A DNA stretch of 64,000 bases from Psilocybe cubensis. Its lineage: Eukaryota. The notes beneath the pieces are model-generated. The model made no database searches. It had not been told where the DNA came from and saw nothing but the letters and a program-made list of their open reading frames with translations. The DNA is taken from NCBI GenBank assembly GCA_017499595.2, contig CM038999.1, positions 2,604,001 to 2,668,000 on the forward strand. The letters run 5' to 3'. Of the stretch, positions 1 through 13,932 are shown in pieces. Within the stretch, counting starts at the first letter, position 1, and each line of letters begins with the position of its first letter. The position numbers and the translations under genes are program-made.

Positions 1-680
1 AAAAGCTTGACCACCTATTACGATAGTTGTCAAAGGAATATAAACCGTTATGTATATTGTGGGTTACCGATAGCGTTGGCAGAACCGGGCAGAATAAGAG
101 AAGTTGTGACGCCCCCTGCAATTGACAAAGGATAAGCGTTATCATGAGTGTTCAGTCCATCGATACTTCTAAGCCACGGTTGAATGATGCCACGGAAAGA
201 GTTGGTATCAGTTGTTCCTTCGAATTCAGGAATGGAATCGACACCAATATGAGAATGAACATCGATGAGCCCAGGAGTAACCCATGCACCCTTTGCATCC
301 AAAATAAGGAGTTTTTTGCCGTAGTTTTCCAACAGCGACCGTGGAAGATGACCGATACTTTGAATGATACCCTTGTCAACTAGGATTTCACCTTTGATGA
401 CCTCTGTACCATTGTTGCGCCCAGTCCACATCCTTGCGTTCTGTATCAAAACCGGTGGAGTATCAGTGTCAAATCGGTCGGAGTCCGTTCTATTATGGAA
501 GTTTTCTGGATGTGCCGGTCTAAGGGAAAGTTGAAGACAACGAGCAATAGCTTCGGTGGTAGCGTATGAAGTTGATACGGGTCGCACTTGTTGTTCATTT
601 AGTCCCCCTATTATGCAGTACAGAAGGATGAGCAGCAGAAAACCAACTTTACTGGCTCGAGAGTAGTACAGATGCATCAT
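1..680 (-). CDS. Metallo-dependent amidohydrolase with N-terminal TM/signal segment (5' part; runs off window)
   Basis: ORF 48-680 has the amidohydrolase motif LDAKGAWVTPGLIDVHSHIG (HxH metal ligands) and GGVTTSLILPGSANAIG, then a GT donor near 68. Confidence 0.85.
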
Positions 681-1061
681 GGCGGAATTCTGAATTATGA
701 GCTCAGTGTTGCTATAAAATTGTGGTTCACCCTCGCCTCCGCCAAAGGGCGAGGATGCAGTGTGTGGTACCAGGTGGTACCAGCATTGATTTAATTTTGT
801 GGGTGCATCATGGCAATTAAATTGAATTGTACTAGTACGTAAATAAGCATCTGGTCATGTGACCGTCAGATGTCCCGCTGATGCGTAAGTTCTTGACCGT
901 GTTTGATCAAGTCCGACTTCTGCGTTTTCTCATTCAGTGTTTTATCTTCCTTTCTGGCTCTTTCTCGCTGACGCCATAATCTTCTGTTCCGGATAGCTGT
1001 AATCACAACTACTCCTACTCTACCATACTGCAAATTATATATGTCATCAACCTGATTCGAC

Positions 1062-2747
1062 ATGGCCCCCAGACAGAACGACCAGATGGACGTCGACTCA
1101 GACTCAGACATTTCCATAGATTTAGAACATCACAATAAGTCTAAAGGAAAAGGTAAAACAAAGGTCGGAGATAAAAGAAAGCAGGATAAAGGAAAGGGAA
1201 AAGCTAAGGACACGGTACTTTAGTCCGCTTGATTTGAATCCTCTGATACTCAGCTAAGCGACATTCTGTATTGCAGCAAGCTTATACGTGGGAGGCATCG
1301 TTCACTCGGTCGTGGGAAACCGTACAGGAGGACGAGGCTGGGACTTTGCAAACAACTGTTGAAGACCTTTTGGCAAGAGGAAGAAGAAGAAGGTAGTCAA
1401 ATTCATTATAATTGTCCATGGTGTTTCCTCACGTTTTTGCCCCCACAGGCTCTTAGCGCCTGCAGCCGCGATACGGCGCACTATTATTCGGCACCTCATT
1501 CTAATTCTTGATCTATCTTCTGCCATGATGGATAGGGATATGAGGCCAACTCGCTTTGATCTTATGCTTCAATATGCACGCGAATTCATAACAGAATGGT
1601 TTGATCAAAACCCTTTAGGCCAAATTGGAGTAGTGGGGATGAGGGCAGGTTTAGGGGAGCGAGTAGGAGAAATGTCAGGTATGAAAATTTTGATATCGGA
1701 CGACTTGAATTATAATGTACTTCAAATATCAGGTAACCCCCAGGAAGTGCTTAAATCAATAGCAGATCGACATAAGCTTGAGCCAGCAGGCGAACCTAGT
1801 CTTCAGAATGCCATTGAAATGGCACGGGGCAGTATGAAGTACGAACAGGGCTTCAATCAAGGTTTAAATGCTGACGTCAAGTTTTAAGTCATCTACCAAC
1901 GCATTCATCGCGAGAAATCCTTCTAGTTTTTGGATCATTGACTACATGCGACCCTGGCAATATTCATGACACTTTGGATGAATGCATCAAGAACAAAGTT
2001 CGCATTTCAATTGTGGCTATAGCGGCAGAGATGAAAATATGCCGCGACCTTTGTGATAAAACAGGCGGTGAGCCCCTTTTCTCTCCTATTCATTCCCATG
2101 GTTCTTGGTCTGTACCCGTGTATGGGGGCACTGATCATCGAAGGCAGGCCAATTCGGGGTAGCCATGAATGAAGGACATTTCAAAGACCTTCTTTTTGAG
2201 TTAGTTCCCCCACCTGCCCAGCGTGCCATTAGTCGCGCCGCGGGTGCTGGTGCCACCAACCCTGCCGCCGACCTCATGATGATGGGCTTCCCCACACGTC
2301 TGCCTGATGCATCTCCACCCAGCCTGTGTGTCTGTCACTCTGAAATGAAAAGTCAAGGATTTTTGTGTCCACGATGCATGTCCAAAGTATGCGATGTCCC
2401 AACGGATTGTGACATCTGCGGGCTCATGATTGTCAGCTCGCCTCATTTGGCTCGAAGTTATCATCATCTTTTTCCTGTCAAACCATACGATGCTGTGTAA
2501 GTCCATAAAAACTTTGAAGTTTTTATCTTGCTAACCTTCTCTTAGTCAAGACGAGGCAACTGTGTTAAACGGTCCGACGAAATGCCATGCATGCGCACGT
2601 TCTTTTCCTCTGAAGGTAGCGAACGCGAAGGAAGGCTTGAGCCCTGTAGGTCGGTATCGGTGCCCTGAATGCCACTTTGACTTTTGTTCGGAGTGCGATG
2701 TGTTTGTACACGATGTAGTCCACTGTTGTCCTGGATGCGGCAAGTAA
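1062..2747 (+). CDS. SSL1: TFIIH subunit Ssl1/p44 (vWA domain plus C-terminal Zn fingers), multi-exon
   Basis: ATG 1062 (MAPRQND...); exons give [76 protein letters not shown] and [29 protein letters not shown]. Confidence 0.95.
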
Positions 2748-3027
2748 TCAGCTCTATTTATTCCAAGATAATGACTTCGTCATGTAAAAATAGTTATCCT
2801 CCATTAAATACCAAAGTATAAGACGCTCAAAACATGTCATTATAAATTACTTCTATCGTTGTAAACTTTATTACTGGTGCTCGTTATACGTACACCAAAA
2901 TTATGACAACAAAGATAGGGAGGTAGTGTGCGTACTCAGTGAATATAAACAAAGCATTAGCTCCAACCTCAGTCTCCAAATATCAAAAGCATTGCGAAAA
3001 CGTACATCTCGTCGACATAAACACAGG

Positions 3028-5046
3028 CTACCGTTGTGGAATGCCGGATCGTGAAGCAATGCTCGTAAATTCATCTAACTCGTGTTCGTCGTCATCAGCA
3101 TCATCCCTGAATGGGTCCATAGACCGTCGTCTGTTGGCTGTGTTTCGATCGTCTCTCCTCTGGATTTCCAACTGATCACTGTCATGACTTTCTGATCCAA
3201 CCAACACTGTACATTCATTTATCTCGCTCCTTGCACCTCTCGGCGCTACACTGTGCTTCGTGCCAGTCCCAGTTATACGTCCTGTTGGTAATTCCTGGTG
3301 GAGCGGGTGTTGATGATGATCTACGTCTTCATCCTCCTCAACTGTCTCGCTAAAATCATCCTCTTCGTCGCTCTCGTTGCTGACAGCCCAAAGAATTTGA
3401 TCTTCACGGTCTCCATGTTCACTTCCCGCGTCTTCTATAGCCCCCCCTTGTCTTGACACGGTTTTGGGTCCTTTGGAGGCACGTCTTCGCCGTCGAGGAA
3501 GCGTCGTTGATTTAATTTTTCCAGTCACTGGTTCGGGTTTTTTGTGCGTTAACAGAACGACGCCTGATATTAATATGAGGATGGAAACGGAGATAAGAAA
3601 AAGTGTCCATGACTTGTATGCTGAGACTTCGTCATTAAAAATGAGAGAATTCAACCAGCTAAAAATAAAATTTAGTACAGCAAAAATCAAAATGATTGCC
3701 AACTGAAGCATACCCCGTAGCGGTGTAAACACCGTAAAAGACCGGTACTACAAGAGTTGAATCATATACCTTAAGACCGCGATTTAGGCAGATAATTTGC
3801 AGTACAGCCGTGATGAAGAGCAAAATGATCGTAAAGATGGGCGCGACATGTCCGAATTGATTTCCAGGGTTTTCATGCGACAACGATCCAGAAAGCAATT
3901 TGACACTTGGATACAACTTGGACAATGAGGACAAGCAGGACATGATTGAGCACTTACGTAGCCTTTGCAAATACGAGACATCCTCCAGCAAGCCCTCCTC
4001 CACAGCATGCCCAACCGATCCCCAATGTCCATGCAATCTGAGTATCGTCCTTCGGGGCTACCCACACTTCTAAGCGGTCTGTCACCCAACTAATGACCGC
4101 ATCCCATGCCGCTTTTATTGAAATAAATGCACCAAAGAAACGCACTAACAAAGACCGTCTGTGCTTAAAAGATGTATTGGGAGGTGGAAGACCCGATCCT
4201 TGGGATGAACGGGCCGCAGAAAAAGGTACGGCAGCCATATCAGTTCTGGAGGCAAGGATAAAATCGAGTCGATGGGTAAAGATGAGCACAAGCAAAAGGG
4301 CTGCACTCATGGTGAAAAAGTAACCAAGCCATCCCCCACGACGCCATAGATAGGTTATATGTTTGACATCGGTTTCATTGGTGAGGCCGCTGTTGATGGA
4401 TCCAAAGGCTACAATCCCGATAACGCCAAGAATTACCACAATGGTTCCCTATATCGCGATCCGAAATGAGATTATACCGGAAAGAGGCTAAAAGACGTAC
4501 GTATATATCGGTGCTTGTGACCGGAGTGCCTACCAGAAAGCGGGCGAACAAGAAATTAAAGACCAATGACGTAGACCCGAGGGGCGCAACATATTCTGGG
4601 TAGTAATCATAATGAGCATGCGAACACGATGGAAGACGCTGCCAAATCTGACCTGCACGCATGTATTCCAACGCCAGAGTGCTTCCTATAAGCTGTGATA
4701 GACTGGAAGGCATTTAACGGACAGCGAATACGGAGTAAAGTCAAGAAACAAACATGTAGAGAAGCATTCCAAGAAGCCACAGAGGACGCATCCAATCCTT
4801 CCTCCGAGCAGATTTTGGTATTGAACTAGTTCTCACCTAAAGAGTGTAAGAAAGGTTAGAAAGACGGCGTTTGGAGAGACGCACATGGTCTAATTTAGTA
4901 AGGTTGAGGCCGGCAGCATTGAGGACTGAGGCCAATAGGATGATAGAAAGACCAATTATAAAGGCAATAATAGGATTGGCGTGGCGTGGAGAAACATGAG
5001 CTGACGGTGAAGTAGATATTGGCGAGGGAACAGACGTTGAGGACAT
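3028..5046 (-). CDS. NIPA-family (DUF803) Mg2+ transporter-like membrane protein
   Basis: Exons: LASVLNAAGLNLTKLDH, SQLIGSTLALEYMRAEYVAPLGSTSLVFNFLFA, QIICLNRGLKVYDSTLVVPVFY; several TM helices and an acidic tail. Confidence 0.85.
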
Positions 5047-5348
5047 GGAGAGAGCTGTGCAAACTCCATTGTCGGCCAAAAGAAACTGAGTTCGGAATGT
5101 GTGTTACGTCATCCTGCTTGGTCATCACTGATACGATGTCAAGTGAAAGTCCAATATTAATAGCGATGGATAGTTTTGTCTCTCCAAATTATACCTGAAC
5201 GCTTTAAGTCAACTCTGAACTGCTTCGCCTCTCTGATAGTACGACCGTCATAGTGATCCATCCGAAAATGGATAAAATGTCCCGAAATGGCATTTGTTAC
5301 TGACTGACGTCAGCCCGTTTGGCTTCTCGCAAGACGCTTCCTCATATC

Positions 5349-7147
5349 ATGTCGGTCCATGACCATATTTTCGTTAGAAATGCACCGTTCTCCAACCTTC
5401 CTCCGGAGCTCTTGGATGCTCTCAATCAAACCTACTTTCTTCACCTTTTGGTTACTGAGCCTCACAAAGTCATACCTCCTGGAAAATCCCTCTTATCCAT
5501 GATGACCCGTGCAAAACTCCAAGTGCCAGAAAACGCGCAGAATCAGCACAAACATGCACATATAGAACATCGCGTCAAAGAAGTAGCCCATATGGCATTT
5601 TGGAACGAGGTATGTTTTTTCTCTTTCCCGTGGAATATGTGTTAAACACCGCACCGTCGTGCAAGGCGTTGGAGCTCCTCTCCTCTCCCATACCATCCAT
5701 CCAGATTCCCCGGATCCGAAAACTCTATCTCGATTTGCATGAATCACTGGTTACACTTTTCCCTCCAAATCACCATGTGCTTACTTCTCTGTCATTGCCA
5801 TTTCCCCCAACCTCTTCGCCCCTTCTTTCTACACTCAGCTTCCTTGCAGAACTAGTCTCTGCATTACGCCAAAGATGTGCCCCAGTCAGGGATGCAGAAG
5901 TAGACATTCTCCTAGAATCCTTGTCAAATCCGCCCCAGATTATCACCCCGTTGGACGGCGTCGCTCATTCTTCCACATCTTCGACTGCTTCACTCGCGCA
6001 ATTTGTAATTGAAAAATTTAAAATTATTCTCAAGTTGGCAGAAAATATGAAGTCAGATCTCAATGCCTTCGTTTTTGGGACCATGACTGAGGACCAGCTG
6101 CAAGGTATCCTTCTCACCGAAGTCAAGGCTCGAGAACGTGACCTTGTGCTAAGAATTTGGGGAGGCAAAGATGTCGTGAGAGGGAAATGGAGGACATGGA
6201 TATCTGATATACCATCCACAAACCCGGGCATTCCTGTTGAACATATATGGATCAAAAAACTTTTTCAGGCCTTGGAGTCAGACCGACCTATATTTTGCAC
6301 GCTACCTTCTGCGACACCCTCACGTTCTGCAGATGGTCAACCATTGGATAATTCTGAAACAGACGAGCATCCCACGCAACAAAAAATGAATGAACTTCCT
6401 CCTCAACTTTTTTTTTCCGCACCCTTGTTTCTATATGTCCAGAATTGCATTCAGGCAATCGTGATCTCTGCTGTTCTGCGCTCTCTTACACGCCTGTCTG
6501 CACCAATACCGTCTAGGAATACTAATCCAACTTTAGCCCAAGGTGCTCCACCCTCAGAAGATAATGACTTCATGATGCGCATATGGACTCTTCTTAAAGG
6601 CGAAATTGACGAGGAGCATGGCAACAGCCATAATAATAGCGAGGCCGACCAGGACCTAGGAGAGCACACCAAAGTATCAAACCTTGCTGAAGAGGTCATA
6701 CACGCACGCCGTCAATTCCTGCAGAGGTCTCCAACATCTCCAGAGCTGTCTACAGCGGAAGAACAACGTCTCCGCGATGCTGTCGGGCGCACATTAAGTT
6801 ATACTGATCCAGTTTTTCAGTTACTTAGGAAGAGGCTAATGAACGCGCTACAAACTCAAATATTATCCCTGTCGTCTTCTCATACGCCTATTAAGACTAT
6901 CCCTATCAAAATGCAGACTGGACATAATCTACTCGAAGAGAGGGCCGGGAAGCGGCCCAGACTAAATTCGCCGCATTCTGCTCTCCCTAGCACAAATTCG
7001 TACTTGAGTCGAGAAATTAATTGGACCACGGAGGCAAGGATATCTGGATTTGACAATGTTGTACTGCAACAAGCTATCATGGAAGTTTTACGCAAAATTG
7101 TAGATGCTGTGGGCTGGGTCGAAGGGGTATGGGGGGACATAGTTTAA
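5349..7147 (+). CDS. T-complex protein 11 (Tcp11/Sok1)-domain protein
   Basis: RVKEVAHMAFWNE and LRQRCAPVRDAEV resemble Tcp11 signature segments; one intron near 5610-5665. Confidence 0.65.
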
Positions 7148-8759
7148 CTTGCTGATTGAATAACGTATTTTGATAGCTGTCTGGTACCGGATTAATTTTT
7201 GTATTCCGTTTTACGATACCTGGTCTCTCCTGGTTGAACAAATCGATAGCGAATTAACGTTTTAACAAGGGGGATAAATGGCCTTTGTTCGTCAAAATAA
7301 TGCCTATTAGCCTCTCTCAGCATACACACATTAAAAATCTGAAATCTGAATGTGTCTCCATAGCCTTATTGCGAGTAAACATTTCGATGTGATTCCTTGC
7401 ATGCTTGCGTACCTTTATATCTATTACACAGTCTTACATAGCGCTTCATACCTATAGTTTATAATTTCCTTTGTTACTAAAATCCCAATAAGGCGGCCCG
7501 TTTACCGTCAAGTCACTGGCTATTCATCGTTCCCTTCAAATCTCACGAACACACAGAGACCCTTCTTTTGGTGCATGACGCGCTCCAGAATAGTCAATGA
7601 TGGCGCCACTGTCACAGACCCAGTCGCACGATACAAAAATCTTGCACCCTCGATTTATGCAGTCGGATCTTACACAGAGCTATCGTCATCAGGTTCTTAT
7701 GAGATCGTATCGATCCCCTCTTTTTCTTCTCGAGGTTGATATCTATAAATCTATACCAAGATCCGACAAACACTCAAAGGGCTAGACCAGTGACCAGTGT
7801 TCAAGTCCTTTAGCTTCCCTTTGGGCAATTTAAAGAGATTGAGGCAGATTAACGAGCTTTTACAATCAAAATACGGCGTAGGATGTCTGGAATCGAGGGA
7901 CATAAGGGGAGCATGATGTGCACACCCGCACGGCGGCGTGGGCGCCATACTCTAGAACAGCGTCGTCAGCACATCGTCATCATTCCTGATATCTGGGTTG
8001 CCAGTTGGTTGAACACGAGACAAAGTACATATCTGGTAACAATGCTAGCGTCGGGAGGATCATAGGCCAATAATGAAGCTTGCCTTAGGTGGTAACCTAC
8101 TCAACAGAGTCGGGGAACGAGGTCAACTTCGAAGCCCTAGCGGCATCTTGAAAACGGGAAACAAGGCAACTATCTCCTTGTTCCGCATCTTATCGAATAG
8201 TGGCCCCCGATAATTAACAGGCAATCACCAAGCTTACGAATACGAGCTAATGTCACGATAAGATAGGGCCGATGCAACACACTGCTTGAAACATACTTGC
8301 GTATGCGATGACGCAGTTCTAGGAAATCTTTCCTTTGAATTGGTGTGGCAAGACTTGCCCTATGTATTGGGATTTCCTCACTGTTCAAACTGAAACCATG
8401 ATAGGTATGTTATGACCCTTCCCACGGAAAAATTGACAACTCGAATGCCCGCGTCAGTAAATCATTGAATGATTCTACTTAAAAGGATCGGATGTACGAT
8501 TAGCATGGCAGCGTTATCTATGTTACAAGGCAGCCTTGTAAAGTTGGAGTACACACACAAACCCCCAAGAATTGATGCGATCTCTTTTTTGCCATCCATA
8601 TCTCGGTGCGGAATTTTTTACCTCTAGTGTCCACCCGCATCCTTGCTTAAGTCAAGTCCAGATTAGGGTTTGCGACGCGGATCTCATCCGTGTCATTGAC
8701 CATCCATATAAAGTGTCCCGAGGTAGCAAGCAATGAATTCATAGAATCGTTTGGTGTCA

Positions 8760-11549
8760 ATGGTCCTCGATGACTCCGCTCAGGAAAGTGCCCTCAAGCA
8801 TCTCGTCAATGGGTCGGTAGACCATCTACGTTCAATCTTGAACACTGTACAGACCCCACCCACATTATTATCGAAGTTTATCGAGGCACATAAAGACCTC
8901 ATCAAATATAGGCACGTCGTGACCCTTGTTGACATTTACCTGAGTTTACCATGATTGTACTATGTAGGACTCACACTGTAAAGGTTGATGGACAAACTCT
9001 GACTACTAGTGCAGTTGTTGCTGCGGCGCGTCATTCTGCTTCTGTCAAACTCGATGACTCTAAAAAGGTCAAGGAGCGCGTCGACAAGAGCCGCCAAGTT
9101 GTTGTAGACAAGGTTGCAACTGGTGTTAGTATCTATGGATTATCCACGGGTTTTGGTGGTAGTGGTATGTTTCTTTCTTTAACCTATGATGTTATTCAAT
9201 TCGGTTTCACCATCATCTCTCTGTAGCTGATACTCGTACTGACCAGCCTCTAATGCTTGGCCATGCTTTGTTACAACATCAACATATGGGCATTACGCCC
9301 GTCTCAGGGAACCCGCCAGTTGTGTTGCCTCTTCAAGATCCCAGCACTTCGACCACCATGCCCGAATCATGGGTGCGGTAAGAGCGATTATTCACTTCAG
9401 TCGTTGACATTCTAATCAACCTCACTTCTAGAGCTGCTATACTTATCAGGATGAACTCTCTAATTCGAGGGCATTCTGGCGTTAGGTTAGCCAATCCGTG
9501 TATACTCTGTCGTTCCACACAGTCTAACCCTCCTACAGATGGGAATTAATTGAGAAAATGAACGAGCTCTTGACCGCAGATGTCATTCCTGTCATCCCTT
9601 TGAGGGGTAGCATATCTGCATCGGGGGGTAAGAACAAATTCTTCAATTATTCAGTGCACGTTTCTAATATACCAAGTTCAGATCTCTCTCCTTTATCTTA
9701 CATAGCCGGCACCTTAGGTGAATCAAGCCTTTCGTATTATATGTTCTGTTACTAAACCATAAGGAAGTCGGAAATGCTTCTATACAAGTGTATGACGGTC
9801 CTAGAGCTTTCGGTCCTCGCCAGAAAGTCCCATCTTGCGAAGGTCTCAAAAATCATTCAATCGAGCCAATCGCCCTTGCGTCCAAGGAACATCTTGGTTT
9901 AGTTAATGGCACCGCCGTTTCGGCCGGCGTGGCAGCACTTGCCATCGATGATGCTATGCATCTTGCTCTTCTGGCGCAAGTTTGCACTGCTATGGGTACA
10001 GAGGCTTTGAACGGGACTCGTGGTTCTTATGCCTCTTTCATCCACTCAATTGCACGTCCTCATCCTGGCCAGGTGTGTGTCCTCAACGACTCTAATCTGT
10101 TGTTACAGGCCTTTTACATTTTTTTATCAGGTAGAGTGTGCAAAGAATATTTATGATCTCCTCCATGGAAGTAAATTGGCTACTCTTCACGAGGAAGAAG
10201 TCGGCTTGAACGAGGATCGCTACTCGTTGAGGCAAGATCGTTACCCTTTGAGAACTTCCCCTCAATTTCTTGGCCCCCAAATTGAAGATATACTCTCGGC
10301 GTTGACTGCAGTCACTCAAGAGTGTAATTCAAGTCAGTCCAGTAGAATTTAAGACCGACGGCCCCTTTTATTGATGACATTTTACAGCCACTGATAACCC
10401 TCTCGTTGAGAGTGAAACTGGTATCATTCACCATGGTGGGAATTTCCAGGCCATGGCTATCACTAATGCAATGGAGAAAACCCGCCTAGCTTTACATCAT
10501 ATAGGAAAGCTTTTATTCTCCCAAAGCACGGAACTTTGTAACCCTGCTATGAACAACGGCCTACCACCTTCCCTCGCTGCAACAGACCCCTCACTGAACT
10601 ACCATGGAAAGGGTATCGATATCGCCAGTGCATCTTATGTTGCCGAGTTGGGTTACCTCGCAGCGCCTGTTTCTACTCACATTCAATCCGCCGAAATGCA
10701 CAACCAAGCTGTCAAGTGCGTTGTTTTATATTCATTGTGCAATTACATTTATTCATAATTAATATCTAGCTCTTTGGCTCTGATCTCTGCTCGTGCAACG
10801 ATCACTTCTCTTGATGTCCTCTCGATGCTAATAGCCTCATACCTTTATCTTCTTTGCCAAGGTAATCTTCATGTCGTTTCGTTTTGATACCAATGTGACT
10901 AAATGAATACATGCAGCTCTGGACTTACGCACCCTTCGTTCCGAACTTCTTCTCGGAATCAAGGCTATCTTGGATGAAGAGCTGACCTCTTCTTTCGGAA
11001 CATTTGTCGAGGCGTCTAAATACGAGCTCCTTTCTTCCCAATTGTTCGCCAGCATGGAGCAGACGTTTGACAAAACAACAGTTATGGACAGCGCAGACCA
11101 GATGCGTGCCATCTCTTCGTCGACGACGCCTGCAATCCTTGGGTTCTTTAATGGTGTCGACCCTGCTTCCTGCCCCTCCCTGAATGACATTACTCAATTC
11201 CAATCCCGTATTGCTACCAAAGCAAGAAATCTCCATCATGACTTGAGGCATGAATTTTTAACAGGCGCTCGCGGCCCCACTCCTGCAAGTGGTCAATTAG
11301 GCAAGACCAAAGGAATGTACGAATTCGTAAGAAAGACTTTAGGAATCAAGATGCACGGTCTGGAGAACTTTACGCAATTCCCCAACGCGATTGGGACCGA
11401 CGATGTATCTATTGGCCAGAACATTTCAAAGATTTATGAGGTATGTATCGCTTTTCATTATCTTCGTGCACACTCATCGTGCTCATCGTTCCTTGTAGGC
11501 CATCCGTGACGGTCAGGTGAAGGGTGTGGTTCTTTCAATGCTTGCTTGA
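8760..11549 (+). CDS. PAL: Phenylalanine ammonia-lyase (MIO-dependent aromatic amino acid lyase), many exons
   Basis: [32 protein letters not shown] with the MIO-forming Ala-Ser-Gly; [48 protein letters not shown]; stop TGA at 11547-11549. Confidence 0.96.
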
Positions 11550-11759
11550 TACTTGGAACGTTTTAAGATATTTCAAATTATTATTCCATGTACTGTACAA
11601 ATGCAATATAAGTTTAGGACCAGGTTTCGTGAATAGGTAGCGTTTATCGTCTTGGGAATCTTCCTGTCAATGATTGTGTAAGATGAAATGTGATCATACA
11701 AAAGTAATAAGTTACGATATAGATGTTCCATAGTACATTGCAGTCAAATAGCGAAATTG

Positions 11760-13393
11760 CTACACTGGGGGTTTTTCGCTACTCGGTCGGAAAGTCACAC
11801 GGACTTCTGTAATTTCCTTGCGAGCGGCTTTCAGAGTTTTCTCAATCTTCTCTTCAAGAGCAGTGGCCTGAGTTACTGTAATGGATCCCTTCACTTCAGC
11901 AGTGAGATCAACAAACATGAGCGATCCAGCATGACGCGCACGAAGATGGTGAATTGACAACAGCGAGGGTAAGGCGGTTTCTGAAGGCTTAGAAGATTTG
12001 TCTAGCAAAGGTTCGAGTACCTTAGAAAGTGATTGTTTTGTTCGTGGTGATACACCAGCATCTGTGAGGTCTCCCCAAGCACCAGCCAATAAGCCAAAGC
12101 CCTGTCTAAAAATCACGACAGAAACAATCAAACCTGACCCGGAAATATGTCAGTATGGATCGAGCAGTGAAAATAAAAGCCCTCACCGCCAATTGGATCG
12201 AGAGGGAAGGCAGGGAAAAACCATGTGCCCAAGATAGCAAAGAAAGCAACCAAACTGGAATAAGCGTCGCTGCGATGATGTATCGCATTGGCCAACAGAA
12301 CTGGGCTCTTTTCTTCATCCGCCACTGCTTTGGTGATTCTGTAAAGCCATTCTTTCGACAAGATTCCCAGTAGGGCGAACCACGCCGCATTTGGATCCAC
12401 AGAGTGGACGTGTTGATGGCCAATACTCGGGTGGAATGTGGCGGTTGATGAAACGGTCTGTAATATTTCTTGCAGTTGTCCTGGCGGAAGAGCCACAGCC
12501 GTCTCTCCAAGGGCCGTAATAAAAATGTGATACGAATGAAAGCCAATACCGAGAGCGCCACCAATTAAGAGCAGAGAGATAGTTGTTGTGCCAAGGGTTT
12601 CAAACTTAGCGAAGCCATAGGGATATCTCTCAGAGGGAGGCCTTCGTGAAAGTTTCCAGCAGAAGAGTGTCACGAAGTCACCAAGTAGGTCTGAAATACG
12701 AGTTCAGCCGTCGCGTATGCGCATTGAGAATTATGCAAGAGAACACACCGCTCAAAGAATGCCCCGCATCGGCGAGTAGAGAAGCTGAATGCATATACCA
12801 CCCAGCTAAACCTTTAACGCCAGTTAAAGCCACATTGGAAAATAGGCCAACAAGCGTGATGTAACTGCCGCGATCGCCTGGTAGAAGTCAGGAGCAATTT
12901 GAGTATTGGTTCTTTGATATATAACATTCTACAACCTACCTTTGCCCTTTAGTGCAGCAATTATCTGCTCAGCATCCTTTGAATGACCCTCTTCTCCATG
13001 CGAATGTGAATGGCCAAATATCGAATGCGAATGTCCTTCGTGACTTTGGCCTTTGCCATTGAGACTGTTGTCGTACTTGTGATCCTTGGCGTCTACGGCG
13101 CCCTTCTCCGGGGGTTGCGGCGTCGTCGAATGTGAGCGAATGCTACTCATGGACAAAAGAGTTCGGGAAAGTGAATGAGGGATCAAAGTAAGCCGTGCCC
13201 TGTATACGTATCCAATTGTGGCCACGTTTCTCAGGAATGATGGAACCAGAAGCGGGGAATGACACGACGGCACTTTCGAAAAGAGTTGAATACGTGTCGC
13301 GGGTTTGGAGTGTAGAAATAAAGCCCTGGATACTATGTTGGACGTTGGCTTCCGACTAATCGGCTTCAGTTGCCAAGCTGGAATCGACATCAT
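11760..13393 (-). CDS. Mitochondrial cation diffusion facilitator (Mmt1/Mmt2-like iron transporter)
   Basis: Arg/Ser-rich presequence, His-rich HSHSIFGHSHSH, SASLLADAGHSL, YPYGFAKFETLG, LLANAIHHRSDAYSS, and a C-terminal dimerisation domain. Confidence 0.9.
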
Positions 13394-13588
13394 CACGCCG
13401 GTGGACGAGACGAACTGGACGATGGGACTTTGGACGGTCTTCTGATACCCAAGTGCTTTAATCCTTAAATTTCTGTCGTTTTACCGAACAGAGCGACTTG
13501 GTCATAGGTAAATTTATTCAACTCTATGTCGCCAGAATCGCCAATGGGAATTCCAACTATGACAGCAGGAAATCAAACAAATGTGGAA

Positions 13589-13669
13589 GAACTAGGTGAA
13601 GCTCGAACCCACGCAGATGAGTCTCGCCGGTTCTCGGTTATTGTTTGCCTTTGCCACTCTTATTAATCC
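13589..13669 (-). pseudogene. Degenerate type II tRNA-like (Leu/Ser-like) relic with an intact B-box/T-arm
   Basis: 81 nt on minus strand: acceptor-like GGATTAA/CTAGTTC, D-loop-like GAGTGGCAAAGGC, T-arm GTGGG-TTCGAGC-TTCAC; the anticodon stem does not pair. Confidence 0.45.
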
Positions 13670-13932
13670 AGATTCCACAATGTGTATCTCAGTACGTTTG
13701 GGAGCGAAAATCATGGCATTGCAACTTATTTCTTCATCTGGCGGGAATCTAAGTCATTATTAACAAAGCTTGGAAGTTGTAAGATTGTCCATGCCTCAAC
13801 TGCCCTAACATTACAATAGTATCATGGGAATAGAAACCCATATAAACAAGGTACCTACAAAAGTGTACAGCGGGCCAACCGCAATACAAGGAAAAGAAAG
13901 GCGTCGAATGTTTTACATAAGTGGCTCAATCG

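Noticed and set aside
7148-8759. Short ORFs in the 1.6-kb region upstream of PAL
   Set aside because: No coding signature, repeats or transposon hallmarks; treated as promoter/intergenic sequence
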